DNA of 64,000 nucleotides from Kofleriaceae bacterium (GTDB taxonomy: Bacteria > Myxococcota_A > Polyangia > Haliangiales > Haliangiaceae). Numbering within the stretch: position 1 is the first letter of the stretch; each line of letters starts with the position of its first letter. Positions 1-10,251 of this stretch are shown here, piece by piece. Position numbers and translations under genes: made by a program. The stretch is from assembly GCA_965215005.1 (NCBI GenBank), contig CBDCCZ010000054.1, forward strand, positions 160,001 to 224,000, read 5' to 3'. The notes beneath the pieces are model-generated. The model was not told the DNA's origin and searched no databases. It saw only the letters and a list, made by a program, of their open reading frames with translations.

Positions 1-372
1 GCTGAGGCCGACTGCCAGGTGGCGTGTCAGGCAGACGCCTCGTTTGACCTCGAGTGCAGCGATCCAGAGTTGGTGGTGACGGTGATCGGCGTCGCGTCGT
101 CGGCCGACCTCGAGGCGTTGGTAACCACACTGCAAGCGAACTACGGCAAGATTCTTAAAGCGTTGTTCAAGGTTCGGTTGGTGGTCAGGGCGGCCGCGGA
201 CTTCGGGGGCCAAATCGGCGGAGCCACCGCGGCAGCAGCTTCTGCGGGCGTCGAGGCCAGCCAATGCCTGGCACGCGCAGTGACGCTGGCCGCGGAGGCA
301 ACCGCCAGCGCGCAGGTCTCGGTGAGCGCCTCGGTCGAGGTGTCAGGCGCGGTCGGCGCAGACGTTCAGTAA
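1..372 (+). CDS. 3' part of a Cys/Ala-rich myxobacterial secreted or lipoprotein-type protein (truncated at window edge)
   Basis: Frame is open from base 1 (AEADCQVACQ...) to TAA at 372; Cys-rich segment then Ala-rich helices ending ASVEVSGAVGADVQ. Confidence 0.7.
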   Translation, partial: AEADCQVACQADASFDLECSDPELVVTVIGVASSADLEALVTTLQANYGKILKALFKVRLVVRAAADFGGQIGGATAAAASAGVEASQCLARAVTLAAEATASAQVSVSASVEVSGAVGADVQ

Positions 373-412
373 GGGGCTTGTTCTGAACTAAGCGGAATCT
401 CCTGAGATGAGA

Positions 413-444
413 AAACGGCTCGCAGCGGCTGCTGCGGGCCGTTT
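413..444. terminator. Hairpin between convergent genes, probable terminator
   Basis: AAACGGCTCGCAGC-ggct-GCTGCGGGCCGTTT, 14-bp stem with one G-U. Confidence 0.65.
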
Positions 445-449
445 GCGCG

Positions 450-2577
450 TCAGAAGCTAGCCAGATACTCGAGCCAGAACCAGTGCTCGGGAGACGGCTG
501 GCGCGTGACGGTGGAGCTGCGATCGTCGAGCCACATGTAGAGGTCGTAGCGCAGCCGCAGGCTGTCGGCGTTGCGCAGACGCACCGCGAGGTCGACGTAC
601 GACCACAGCGATTGCTCGAGGCGCTCGTTGTCGGTGATGTCTTCGAATAGATATCGCATCCTGCCGCGCACCCCGCACCCGCTCGGTCGGCTTGACCATG
701 GCGACGAGCCAGGTGGAGACGTCCTGACGGTCTTCGCTCATGGGCCGCTCGGGCTCGACGATGAGCTCGTGGGTGTATTGGCCCGCCAGGCTCCAGCGAC
801 GGCTGGGGGCGTAACGCAGACGAGCCGCGAGCTCGAGCTCGCGATCGTCACAGCCAATGAGCTCGCCGCCCTCCGCAACGGTGATGCGCGCCGCTTCGTC
901 GCAGCCATCGCTCGGGCCGCGGTCGCGATACTCCACCCACAAGCCACTGGCAAAGCTGCGCGTGAGGTCGACGTCGGCGCGCGCAAAGCTCGTATGAGCG
1001 AGCGCCGTTGTCGAGAGTGGCGTCCACACATCGACGCTCGCGCGCACCGCCACGCGGTCGAGGCGAGCGCGGTACTGCACGCGTGCACCGGTTTCATCGC
1101 GGGCGCGGTTGCCATCGTTTTCATCGGCAGCGGCGATGGGACGAGCGAAGGGATTGGCAAATCCTTCGCCGTAGTAGCGGACGACCGCTTCGAGCTCACT
1201 GTCGTCCCAGGTGGCGGTGGCGCGGGTGATGGCACCGAAGTCGCCACCGCTGGGCATGGAATCGAAGCTGCGCGCTGCTTCGACGAAGACGTCGAGCCAG
1301 CGATGGCCCCACGCGGCATCGACACCAACGGCGCCAAACGGGCCGCCGTAGGGCGTGCGCGCCCACTCTTGAAAGTCGAGGTCAATGCCGTCGACGAGCC
1401 AGTCGACGCGCGCGCCATAGCCAGTAACGCCAAGGTGGGTGCGGCGGTTGGTGGCGTAGCTGAGGTTGCCGCCGGCAAGCTCTTCGCGATAGAGCGACGG
1501 CAGAGTCTGAAAACTCAGCCGACCGGTTGGCGCCAGCAGATCGTCTTGCCGGCGATACACCGCCGGCGCGGCACACGCCGGGTCGTCATCATCGCGTGGA
1601 TCATCGCAGCGACCGGCATCGTAGATTTCGTACTGATAGACCGAGCGCGGCTGCGCGGACGCAAACGCGTAGGCTTGCAGCTCGCCCGCACCGAGCGGCA
1701 GCGAGCGCACTCCGCTCGCGACCCCGAGCAGGCCATCGCGCCAGCGAAAGTCGGGAGTCTCGTAGAGGTCGCGCCGGCCATCGCAGAGGCCAATGTCGAG
1801 CTCGCCGCGCGAGTCGCTGCACGCCCGCGACAAGCCGGTTCCACGCACCAGCTCGTCGTCGTAGTAGACGCCGTTCGGAGTGTATTCGCTGGAGTTGTCA
1901 AAGGTGAGACGCTGGCCAAAGCCGACCCGATAGGTGCCGACGATGAGCTCGTAGTCGTCGGTTTCCCAGTGGGCGTAGGCCTTCGGCACGTGCAGCGCCG
2001 GCTCGGCGGCTTCGGCGGAAAGTGCGTCTCGATTGGGGTCGAAGGCGACGTCGTCGACCCGGCGGCGGGTCAGGCTGGCGACGACTCCAACGGTGAGATC
2101 GGAGACCAATAGGCGCGCGCGAAGGCCCATGGGTGGAAGCTGCTCGTCGGCGGCGCTCCAGCGGGTTTGCGCGCGGATCCAGCCGTGAGCGCCGAGCCCC
2201 CGCTCCGGCTCGCTCAACAACAGAAACGGTGCAATGGCCAGAAATTTGGCCTCAGAGAGAGCGCCGGCCAAGACCAGGGCGGCGGGTTCGCTAATGAAGC
2301 CGGCCTCGGCGCGATAGGCCAAAATGGCGTCTACGTCTTCGTAGGTGAGGTTCGGTAGGCTGTATAGATCGGCCCGAGTCGCGGTGGACAAGTCGACGCC
2401 GCGGGCAAGGAGGATGAGCAGGTTGTCGAGGGTGTCTTCGCTGATTTGACCGGTAGAGAATAGGTCGTAGAGATCGTCTTCGCTCTCGATGTCGATGAAG
2501 ACCTCGAGAGGCACCGCGGCGGCAGGACGCGCGAGAGCAAGACAAGCAGCGACTGCAGATATCGCTACTGCGCGCAC
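450..2577 (-). pseudogene. Helix-hairpin-helix (ComEA-like) domain outer-membrane beta-barrel-type protein with an apparent +1 frameshift at 671-674 (real lesion or sequencing error)
   Basis: Signal peptide from GTG 2577; HhH-like VDLSTATRADLYSLPNLTYEDVDAILAYR; alternating beta-strand pattern. Removing one C from CCCC at 671-674 fuses it to ORF 450..671, which ends WLEYLASF (OMP-type terminal Phe). Confidence 0.7.
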
Positions 2578-3035
2578 GCAACCTCGGAACACGCGCCCCA
2601 CATGCCACGGCCTTCCGAGCGGGCTCGCGCCTCGAGGCCGACGAACTCCTCGCCGCGATCGCTGCCATTGGGCGGAATCGACAGCGAACAAGCAAGTCCT
2701 TCGTCGACCAGGGTGCGATTGATGTCGACGTCGGTGCGGCGCACGTAGGCCAGCAGCCGATCGTAGTCGTCGCGGCACTCGAGGTCGTAACTGAGCTCGA
2801 CGCGCTGGCCAAGCACCAGCTCAGCGTTGCGATCGCGCGCTTCGGGGGCATAGCAGTCGCCGCGCGACAACTCGGGGGTATCGATGAGCAGATAGCGAAC
2901 CCGCTCACCACTGTCGAGGTCGATGGTGTCGCCGTCGACCACCGCGATCACGATAGCCGAGCTAGGTCCGCAGCTTTCCTCGACCAAGTCGCAACCGCAG
3001 ATAGAAACTAGGACGAGGAGCCATAGGTGCTTCAT
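2565..3035 (-). CDS. Thermonuclease (SNase) family lipoprotein
   Basis: MKHLWLLVLVSICGC lipoprotein signal; VVDGDT, VRYLLIDTPE, DDYDRLLAYV, EARARSEGRGMW motifs; ATG overlaps the upstream stop. Confidence 0.9.
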   Translation of the reverse strand: MKHLWLLVLVSICGCDLVEESCGPSSAIVIAVVDGDTIDLDSGERVRYLLIDTPELSRGDCYAPEARDRNAELVLGQRVELSYDLECRDDYDRLLAYVRRTDVDINRTLVDEGLACSLSIPPNGSDRGEEFVGLEARARSEGRGMWGACSEVACAQ

Positions 3036-4744
3036 GGCAGGCACGCGTCGTTGGGGGCACCGGGGGTGCCGAAGTTGGGGGTGGGGGTGGTGCCGGTGGT
3101 GCCGTAGGAACGCGTCGTCGGGCTGTTGCAAGTCTGCTCTAAGTCTTGCGGGTCGCGTCCCACCGCGACGCCGTCAGCGAGCGCGGCGCCCGCTGCAGGA
3201 TAGGTGAGCGTGTCGAGCACCACCCCGGCTATTGCGATGCTCACGGCACCGCCGCCATTGGGCAGGGTGAGCTCGAGGAGCGCATCGAGCTCGGTGAGCA
3301 TGCCGTTGACCGTTGCATCTGCCGAGCGCACGAGCAGCGCGAGCGCGCTTGGGCCTTCGGCGCTGAGCGATAGGCAACGGGTCGATACCAGCTGCTGACA
3401 GAGCGCCGACCCATCGCAGGCAACGTCGAGATCACGCCGCAGCTCGATCCCATTTAGATCAAAGGTGCCTGCGACGGCGCGAAGCTCGACCCACTCCGCG
3501 ACGCCATCGGCACCGCTGCCTGCCGGGTCGGCCATGAGCTCGTTGACCACGAGCTCGCCGGCGCGCGGCGCGATGATGGCGCGGGTTGCACCGAGGCCGT
3601 CATCGAAACATTCGTCGTCGCCAATCTGCGCCGGACATGGAGGATTGGCCGCGCCCGGGGTGCCGAGGTCGCCAGCGCCATAGGCGGCTTGGCCGGGGCA
3701 CCAGCGCGCCTGATCGTCGTTGGCGCTGGGGGTCATCGCCTCGGGATCGAGGCTGCGCGAGGCGCCGCTTGGCACGCTCGGCCAGCTCACCTCGTCGAGC
3801 ACGAGGTCGCCGAGGCCGATGAACAGACGGCCGCTGCTGTTGGTCAAGCCGAAGTCGAACAGGAAGTCGGGGCTGGGGAGCTCGCCGTTGTCGCTGGGCG
3901 TCATCGACCGCGCGAACACCAAGTGGGTTCCGGCGCTCACCCGCAGGCACTCCATGGCGTTCCATCCGGCGTCGACCTCGGCGCGACCGGCGACCAAACC
4001 ATTGAGATCGACGTCGCGGGCGACGAACACCTCGAACCACTCGCCGCTATCGTCGCTGGAGGCTTCGGGATTTGCCATGAGCTCGGTGATCACCAAATCG
4101 CCGACCGTGGGGCTGATGAGGGCCCTAGCGATGCCATCGTCGGTGCACTCGGTGGGCACGCCGCCTACGCACGCGGGGTTGGCGGTGCCGGGCGAGCCGA
4201 GGTTGCCGGTGGCGTCGTAAGAGGCGGTGGCGGGGCACCAGTTGGCGCGATCGTCGTTGGCGCTCGCATTGGGGGCAATGGCGCCGTCGAGACCTTGGGC
4301 GATGCCATCGGCCATGTCGGCGTAGACGACAGCATCGACCTCGACCTCGCCGCAGCGAAGCAGCAACTTGCCGTCGCGATTGTTCAAGCTGCCGAGGTCG
4401 GAGCCATAGCCGTAGTCGACGTGAGCGGGCGCTAGCTCCGGCAGGACGCCGCCGAGCACGCGATACTCGCCGGGCTCGATAGCCAATCCCTCGATGCGAT
4501 GCGTCTGTTCATCGAGCCCGTCGGACTCAGCCGCGACCACGGACAATCTGCTGAGGTCGATCGCCGCGTCACTCGCGTTGTAGATCTCGAGCCACTCGAG
4601 GCCATCGTCGTCGCCATCGGGATTGGCGAGGACCTCGGTGATGATGAGAGCTCCCGCCGCGATGGAGGTGCACGGCGGCAGCTCGGCAGCTTCTTGCGAG
4701 CCGCACGCGGCGAGACATACGACCGCGAGGACGATGCGTGTCAT
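3032..4744 (-). CDS. Lipoprotein with three lamin-tail (LTD) domains
   Basis: LAAC lipobox; three repeats of (I/V)(T/N)E(V/L)(L/M)A(N/D)P...EW(L/F/V)E...G(S/T)PGxxN. Confidence 0.85.
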   Translation of the reverse strand: MTRIVLAVVCLAACGSQEAAELPPCTSIAAGALIITEVLANPDGDDDGLEWLEIYNASDAAIDLSRLSVVAAESDGLDEQTHRIEGLAIEPGEYRVLGGVLPELAPAHVDYGYGSDLGSLNNRDGKLLLRCGEVEVDAVVYADMADGIAQGLDGAIAPNASANDDRANWCPATASYDATGNLGSPGTANPACVGGVPTECTDDGIARALISPTVGDLVITELMANPEASSDDSGEWFEVFVARDVDLNGLVAGRAEVDAGWNAMECLRVSAGTHLVFARSMTPSDNGELPSPDFLFDFGLTNSSGRLFIGLGDLVLDEVSWPSVPSGASRSLDPEAMTPSANDDQARWCPGQAAYGAGDLGTPGAANPPCPAQIGDDECFDDGLGATRAIIAPRAGELVVNELMADPAGSGADGVAEWVELRAVAGTFDLNGIELRRDLDVACDGSALCQQLVSTRCLSLSAEGPSALALLVRSADATVNGMLTELDALLELTLPNGGGAVSIAIAGVVLDTLTYPAAGAALADGVAVGRDPQDLEQTCNSPTTRSYGTTGTTPTPNFGTPGAPNDACLP

Positions 4745-5874
4745 AGAGACTCCTCCGCCTTTGGCAGCCCGGGCACCTTCTCGGAGCCGGAAATCTGGCC
4801 AGGTCGATCGACGACGATTTGCAGCACGCGGCGCTTCTTGCGCCGGTCCTCATACTCGCTCACGAAGCCGCGTACGACGATGTATTCGCCGTCGAAGCGG
4901 GCGATGTTGCTGGTGCCGAATACGTCTTTGTCGAAGAAAATCAGCGGAAAATCGTTGAACATGCGCCGACTGAGCAACACGCGCGTAGGGCCGCGATCGC
5001 CGAGACGTATCGCACCCACGGAGCCGAGCAACGTCACTTCTTTGCCGAGGTGCTGCTCGAGCCGAGCGATGGCGTCCCAGTTGGTCAGCGCGATGTGGTC
5101 GGCTTTGTCGCCAGCGGACGCTTCGAAGGCCGCGATGAAGTCGGCTCGCGCGTTCCACCACGCGGTGCGCTCGTCGTAGTCGGGGTAGTGCCGCTTGGCT
5201 GGGTCCCAAATTCCGAGCTGCTGCTTCCGCGCTTCGGCCTCGGCGGCGACGAACTCGTCGTGAAACCGGCGCGAGTAGCCATACTTGGTGAAGTACGGGC
5301 TCATGCCGGCACGCACGGCTTCGACGTTGTAGTTGCGCCAGCGGCCGTCTTTGAACGCGAACACGTAGGCAAGGTAGCGGCCATAGCGGCCGCGAATCTC
5401 TTTGGGATGATCGCGCTCGAGGCGAACCCGCTCGACGCCCGCGAAGAACGCCTTGGCGAATTGTTTTGCCTCTTCCCCTAGCGGCGTTGCGTACTTGGCG
5501 GGACGCAGGCGCTCGCCGCGCTGCGCGACCCGGTACCCCGCCCAGTCCGCTTCGACGGCGCGGCGATCTTTTTCCTTCTTGAAGGTCTCTTCGGTGTCGA
5601 TCGCGAGCAATCGCAGCGTCGTGTCGAGCCCTTCTACTTTCAACGTGTCGCCGTCGACTACGCCATCGGAGGCCAGCGCCATCTCGCCGAGCAAAAGCTC
5701 TGGCGACTCCAGCGTCGCCAGGGTCTCTTGGGCGTCTTCTCGAGCGTAACGGCGAGCCTCTGCAGCGCCGCCGCAACCGCCGCTGCAACTGCCGCTGACT
5801 GCTACGACGAGCGCGCCGAGGACCGCACTAGGCAGCCACGGAACGGTGCGTTTGGGCGCTAAAGGAGGTCGCAT
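4741..5874 (-). CDS. Thermonuclease family secreted/lipoprotein with probable C-terminal OB-fold
   Basis: VVDGDTL, LRLLAIDTEE, RYGRYLAYV, AEAEARKQQLGIW; C-terminal GKEVTLLGSV...IVVRGFVSEY...LQIVVDRPGQI resembles an OB fold. Confidence 0.85.
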   Translation of the reverse strand: MRPPLAPKRTVPWLPSAVLGALVVAVSGSCSGGCGGAAEARRYAREDAQETLATLESPELLLGEMALASDGVVDGDTLKVEGLDTTLRLLAIDTEETFKKEKDRRAVEADWAGYRVAQRGERLRPAKYATPLGEEAKQFAKAFFAGVERVRLERDHPKEIRGRYGRYLAYVFAFKDGRWRNYNVEAVRAGMSPYFTKYGYSRRFHDEFVAAEAEARKQQLGIWDPAKRHYPDYDERTAWWNARADFIAAFEASAGDKADHIALTNWDAIARLEQHLGKEVTLLGSVGAIRLGDRGPTRVLLSRRMFNDFPLIFFDKDVFGTSNIARFDGEYIVVRGFVSEYEDRRKKRRVLQIVVDRPGQISGSEKVPGLPKAEESL

Positions 5875-6479
5875 GCTGGATTTGCCTCGCCAGGCGTGCC
5901 GGGCACGCCGAGGTGAATGGTGTCGCTGGGGTCGCGGCGGTTATCGACGCACCAGCGCGACTCGTCGTCATTGGCATCGGCCGCCGGCTCGGCGGCACCA
6001 TCGAGCGCTAGGCTGCCGGTGCGCGGCAGGCTGCGATAGACGATGCGGTCGATGCGCTCGCCGCATGCGATGGCGGTGACGGCGGCGCTGCTGTAGAGGC
6101 TGCGATCGAAGTCGGGCAAAAACGCGTAGGAAACGTGGGGAGGGCGCGTGGCGCGGCGCTGGCGACCTAACACCGCATAGCTGTCAGCCATCACCAGCAG
6201 CTGCTCGCGCACGAGGATGCGCGCCTGCTCAGTGCCATCGAGCTTCATGATCTCGACGGTGAGACCGCGCAGATCAATATCACTGCCGCTGGCGTTGTAG
6301 AGCTCGAGCCACTCGCCCCAGGTATCGCTGCCGCTTTGCGGGCCACGCACCTCGGTAATCACCAGCTCGCCCGGGGCGAGCTCCGGGCAAATCGGCGCGA
6401 GCGGCTCGCGAGCACAGCCGCCGGCGACGACCAGCCCTGAGACGGCGACAACCGCCCACGCACCTAGACTCGCAACCAC
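5859..6479 (-). CDS. Lamin-tail domain lipoprotein
   Basis: GTG 6479 follows TATGTT; hydrophobic signal ending AGGC; LVITEV...EWLELYN...GTPGEANP. Confidence 0.8.
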   Translation of the reverse strand: MVASLGAWAVVAVSGLVVAGGCAREPLAPICPELAPGELVITEVRGPQSGSDTWGEWLELYNASGSDIDLRGLTVEIMKLDGTEQARILVREQLLVMADSYAVLGRQRRATRPPHVSYAFLPDFDRSLYSSAAVTAIACGERIDRIVYRSLPRTGSLALDGAAEPAADANDDESRWCVDNRRDPSDTIHLGVPGTPGEANPACDLL

Positions 6480-6652
6480 GGCCGGGCAACATACCCTGGT
6501 GCACGCCGTGCGCGGCTGTAAGCCCGGCAACAACTCGATGACAATCCATTCACCGCGGGCGACCTTGCTCGGCTCGAGGTCGCAGATTCGCGCCGCGGGC
6601 GGTGCGAAGGTCAGCTCAGGCGAGCGCCAAGTCATGGGGTAAGGTGCCGTCG

Positions 6653-6961
6653 ATGCCGATCAAGTTTTCAGCGGGGCAGATCATCCACCACAAGCGCTTT
6701 GGCTATCGCGGAGTCATCGTGGGCGCTGACGAGCGCTTCGAGGGAACCGAGGAGTGGTACCAAACGGTGGCGGTGTCGCGGCCGCCACGGGATCGGCCTT
6801 GGTATCACGTGTTGGTCGACGGCTCCGAAAACGAGACCTACGTGGCGGAGCGGAATCTCGAGCTCGACGATTCCATCGAGCCGGTCGAGCATCCGCTTGT
6901 GGACATGTTCTTCGACGAGATCATCGGTGGTCGCTACGTACGCAACCGCCTGCTCAATTGA
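6653..6961 (+). CDS. hspQ: HspQ/YccV family protein
   Basis: KFSAGQIIHHKRFGYRGVI...PWYHVLVD...TYVAERNL. Confidence 0.9.
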   Translation: MPIKFSAGQIIHHKRFGYRGVIVGADERFEGTEEWYQTVAVSRPPRDRPWYHVLVDGSENETYVAERNLELDDSIEPVEHPLVDMFFDEIIGGRYVRNRLLN

Positions 6962-7041
6962 GCGAGTGACACGGTGAAGGCCAACGGCGGCATCGCTTGG
7001 CGAGTGAGAGTGCGGCGCGGCTTAGGCGCGCGGTGGTGGCC

Positions 7042-8127
7042 GTGAGCGCGCTGCAGGCCCTGCCGCGCACGGCGCGGGTGGTGATCATTGGCGGCGGCTT
7101 TGCTGGCGCGGCAACGGCCTATCACCTGGTGCGCGCCGGAGTACGCGAGGTGGTGGTCCTCGAGCGCGAGGCGTTCTGGGGGTATCACGCCAGCGGGCGC
7201 AACGCGGCTCTTGCGCGGCAAATCACCGAAGACGAGGTGACCTCGCAGCTCACTACGGCCGGCGCAGCGTTTCTTCGCGATCCGCCGCCAGGGTTTGCTG
7301 AGGCGCCGCTGTTGCGGCCCACGGGATCGATCTTGCTGGTTGATGACGATGCCGCGGCGGAGCGCTTGCTGGCGTCGGCGGGGAGGCTTGGGGTGCCGGC
7401 GGAGCGCATCGATGCTGTACGCATCGCGGCGCGCTGGCCGCGTATGCCGCAGCTCGGCAGCCAAGGGGTATATTTTGCGACCGACGGGGTCATCGACGTC
7501 CACGCGCTTCTGCATGGGTTTCTCGCCGGAGCACGACGCGGCGGTGCGCGGCTCGCGCTCGAGACCGAGGTGCTCGGGCTGCGCGCGAGTGCGGCTGGTG
7601 TCGAGGTGGTCACCAGCCGCGGAACGCTCACCGCAAGCGTCGTGGTCAATGCCGCCGGCGCTTGGGTAGCTCCCGTTGGCGCGCTCGCCGGTGCGCGCGC
7701 CACGTTCCATCCGATCAAGCGGCATCTATTCGTGACCGAGGCTGTCGAGGTCGATCGCGGCGCGCCGCTCTTGTGGAACATCGGAGCGCGCGAGGTCTAC
7801 GCGCGGCCCGAGGGGGCAGGGCTGCTGCTTTCAGGCTGCGACGAGCGGGTGGTGCAGCCGCATGATGCAGTGCCTGATGCCGATGCGGTTGCCGCGCTTG
7901 CCACGCGCCTCGCGAAGGCGGCGCCGGCGCTCTTAGAGCTGGGAATCGCGCGCAGCTGGGCGTGCTTGCGCACGTTTGCACCGGATAGGCGGCCGGTGAT
8001 CGGCTGGGATGCCGACGTCCCGTGGCTGTTTTGGGTGGCGGGGCTCGGCGGTCACGGCGCCACGGCGAGCAGCGCGGTTGGTGAGTCGGCGGCGGCGCTG
8101 CTCGTCGCTCGGCTGGGACCTTCGTAG
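7042..8127 (+). CDS. FAD-dependent oxidoreductase (DAO/glycine oxidase family)
   Basis: VVIIGGGFAG, ASGRNA, VVNAAGAW, GLGGHG; start uncertain. Confidence 0.85.
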   Translation: MSALQALPRTARVVIIGGGFAGAATAYHLVRAGVREVVVLEREAFWGYHASGRNAALARQITEDEVTSQLTTAGAAFLRDPPPGFAEAPLLRPTGSILLVDDDAAAERLLASAGRLGVPAERIDAVRIAARWPRMPQLGSQGVYFATDGVIDVHALLHGFLAGARRGGARLALETEVLGLRASAAGVEVVTSRGTLTASVVVNAAGAWVAPVGALAGARATFHPIKRHLFVTEAVEVDRGAPLLWNIGAREVYARPEGAGLLLSGCDERVVQPHDAVPDADAVAALATRLAKAAPALLELGIARSWACLRTFAPDRRPVIGWDADVPWLFWVAGLGGHGATASSAVGESAAALLVARLGPS

Positions 8128-8130
8128 CGG

Positions 8131-8436
8131 TTAACGCGTCTTCTCACACGCCGCCAGGTCATCGAACGACTTGGCGCGGAGCCCACACGCGACCTGCTTC
8201 TGGGGCGTTTCATTGGTGCATTTGGTGACGAAATCGGCGCGCACGTGCTCAGAGAGCTCTTTGCGCTGCGCTTCGAGATCCGCTTTCATCTCGCCACTGA
8301 GCTCGTCGGTGCCGAGGTCGGCGAGCTCGAGGTCGATGATGGTGTCGAGCAGTTTGTCGCAGTCGGCTTTAGACGCTTTATCGCCGCAGGCGGAGGCCAG
8401 GACCAGCGCCAGGAGACAGCCGAGGTGTGCGCGCAT
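8131..8436 (-). CDS. Small Cys-containing helical lipoprotein
   Basis: MRAHLGCLLALVLASAC signal; four further Cys; TACCAT 7 nt upstream of ATG. Confidence 0.75.
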   Translation of the reverse strand: MRAHLGCLLALVLASACGDKASKADCDKLLDTIIDLELADLGTDELSGEMKADLEAQRKELSEHVRADFVTKCTNETPQKQVACGLRAKSFDDLAACEKTR

Positions 8437-8449
8437 GGTCAAAATGGTA

Positions 8450-10162
8450 TCAACTTTCGCCGCCAACTGCGTGAATTCGGGCTTCGATCCGCTGCCGCAC
8501 CGGCGGGCTTGGATCTTCCGCGCGCGCCCGCTCGAGTAGCTCCAGGCCCCGCTCTCGCTCACCGCGCGTGAGATAGAGCTCGCCCAGATGCCAAAGAATT
8601 TCTGGCTCCCGGGGGCTGAGGCGAGCGGCGCGCAGGAGCATCGCCTCGGCTTCTCGATAGCGCTGCAGGCGAACCAACAGCCAGCCGTAGCTATCGAGGA
8701 CGTAGCCGCTCAGCGGCGCGAGCTCTAGGGCGCGGCTGAGCAGCCGCTCGGCGCGGGCGAGCTCGACGCCGCGGTCGGCGAGGGAGTAGCCGAGGAAATT
8801 GAGCGCTGAGACGTGATCGGGCTCGAGGGCCAAGATGCGCTCGAGAAACGCCACCGCGCGGCGCGGCGCGCCCAGCCGATCCTCGAGGGTTCCGGCGGCG
8901 TAAAGCAGGTCGAGGTCGGCAGGATGCGCGTCTAACGCCTGCGCAAGGACTTGTCGCGCCGCTCGCGCGTCGCCGGCGCGTTCGTGGACCTGCGCGAGTG
9001 CAATCAGGAGCTCGCGATTGCCACGGCGATGCGCAAGCGCGGCCTCTGCCAGCTGGCGCGCCTGCGCAAAGCGCCCCATGCGCGAGGCGAGGTCGGCGGC
9101 CAGCGCATGCGAGCGGGCATAGACGGAGTCGTCGGTGGTCACGCCAAGGAGCAGCGGCAGCGCTTCGAGGTAGCGGTTCTGCTGCGCGAGCACTTGCGCG
9201 CGCAGCAGCTGAGCAGCAACGGCGCGATCGTTTACGGCGAGCATATCGCTAGCAAGCGCCTCCGCAGCATCGAGCTGCCCGAGTTGCAGGTACAAGTGAG
9301 CGATGGCAACGCGGGCGTGTTGCGGCAGGTCATTGCGATCGAGTAGACGGAGCAACGCGAGCGCTTCAGCAGGCGCGCCGGCATCTAAGAGCTGCCGGAA
9401 GAGCTGCTCGGCAACCCATGGGTCGCCGCCAGAGCGGTCAAAGAGCTGCTGTGAGAGCTGCGCGGCCTCGCTCGCGCGCTGCTGTTCAACGAGCGAGCGG
9501 ACCAAGAGGATGGCGGCGTCGAGATGATCAGGGTCGAGCTCGAGAACGTTGCGCAGTGGCGGCTCCGCACGAGCGTAGTCTGCTTGCGAGGCCAGCAGCT
9601 GGCCGAGCTCGAAGTAGGCCTCGATGAGCTCGGGGCGGGCCTCGATGAGCTCGCGAAGAACCGCTTCGGCGGCAGCTGGCTCACTCAGCGCGACACGCGC
9701 TTTGGTTAGAAGCAGATAGCCGCGAGCATCGTCTGGAGCGTATCGGATGGCGCGCTCAAAGGCGCGTGCCGCAGTGCGATGGGCTGCCAACGCGCGATAA
9801 ATGCGGCCGCTGGCGAGCCAGATTTCTGGCTCATGCGGCCAGCGCATCTGCGCCGCTTCGATACTGCGCCGGGCGTCGGTTAGGCGATCGGCGGCGAGCA
9901 ACGCGTCTACGAAGGCGACGAGAATAGGCGCCTGATCCGGCGCCGCCGCGGTCGCGGCACGAAATTCGCGTATGGCGAGGGGCTGGTCGCCCTCGAAGCT
10001 TGCGACGCGGCCGCGCAGATAGTGGCTGTAGGCGGAAGCCGACAGCGGCGCTGGTGGCGGCGCCGGCGCTTGCAAGGACTCGGTCCGTGAACCGCACGCA
10101 GCCAGCAGCATCGGCAAAAACAGCGCGAGCACGAGCATCGAGCGCTGCCGCGCGGCGACCAT
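8450..10162 (-). CDS. Tetratricopeptide-repeat lipoprotein
   Basis: LAAC lipobox; many TPRs; ALNFLGYSLAD...YVLDSYGW. Confidence 0.85.
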   Translation of the reverse strand: MVAARQRSMLVLALFLPMLLAACGSRTESLQAPAPPPAPLSASAYSHYLRGRVASFEGDQPLAIREFRAATAAAPDQAPILVAFVDALLAADRLTDARRSIEAAQMRWPHEPEIWLASGRIYRALAAHRTAARAFERAIRYAPDDARGYLLLTKARVALSEPAAAEAVLRELIEARPELIEAYFELGQLLASQADYARAEPPLRNVLELDPDHLDAAILLVRSLVEQQRASEAAQLSQQLFDRSGGDPWVAEQLFRQLLDAGAPAEALALLRLLDRNDLPQHARVAIAHLYLQLGQLDAAEALASDMLAVNDRAVAAQLLRAQVLAQQNRYLEALPLLLGVTTDDSVYARSHALAADLASRMGRFAQARQLAEAALAHRRGNRELLIALAQVHERAGDARAARQVLAQALDAHPADLDLLYAAGTLEDRLGAPRRAVAFLERILALEPDHVSALNFLGYSLADRGVELARAERLLSRALELAPLSGYVLDSYGWLLVRLQRYREAEAMLLRAARLSPREPEILWHLGELYLTRGERERGLELLERARAEDPSPPVRQRIEARIHAVGGES

Positions 10163-10251
10163 TCCCGCAGTATATCGCTTCGATGTTGAAGACGAGCATC
10201 GGTGATCGCTCACGGCGCAAGTTCTCGACGATCGGCACGCACCCGAGACGC

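Noticed and set aside
571..2112. Long antisense or alternate-frame ORFs (e.g. 571..2112, 16443..17789, 41207..42283, 46137..47144, 61868..62839)
   Set aside because: Shadows of real genes in high-GC DNA; no recognisable motifs
8444..8465. Second PafBC motif (TGGCGG-N10-TACCAT, minus strand)
   Set aside because: One mismatch, lies in the coding sequence of the TPR gene and precedes a non-repair lipoprotein; likely chance
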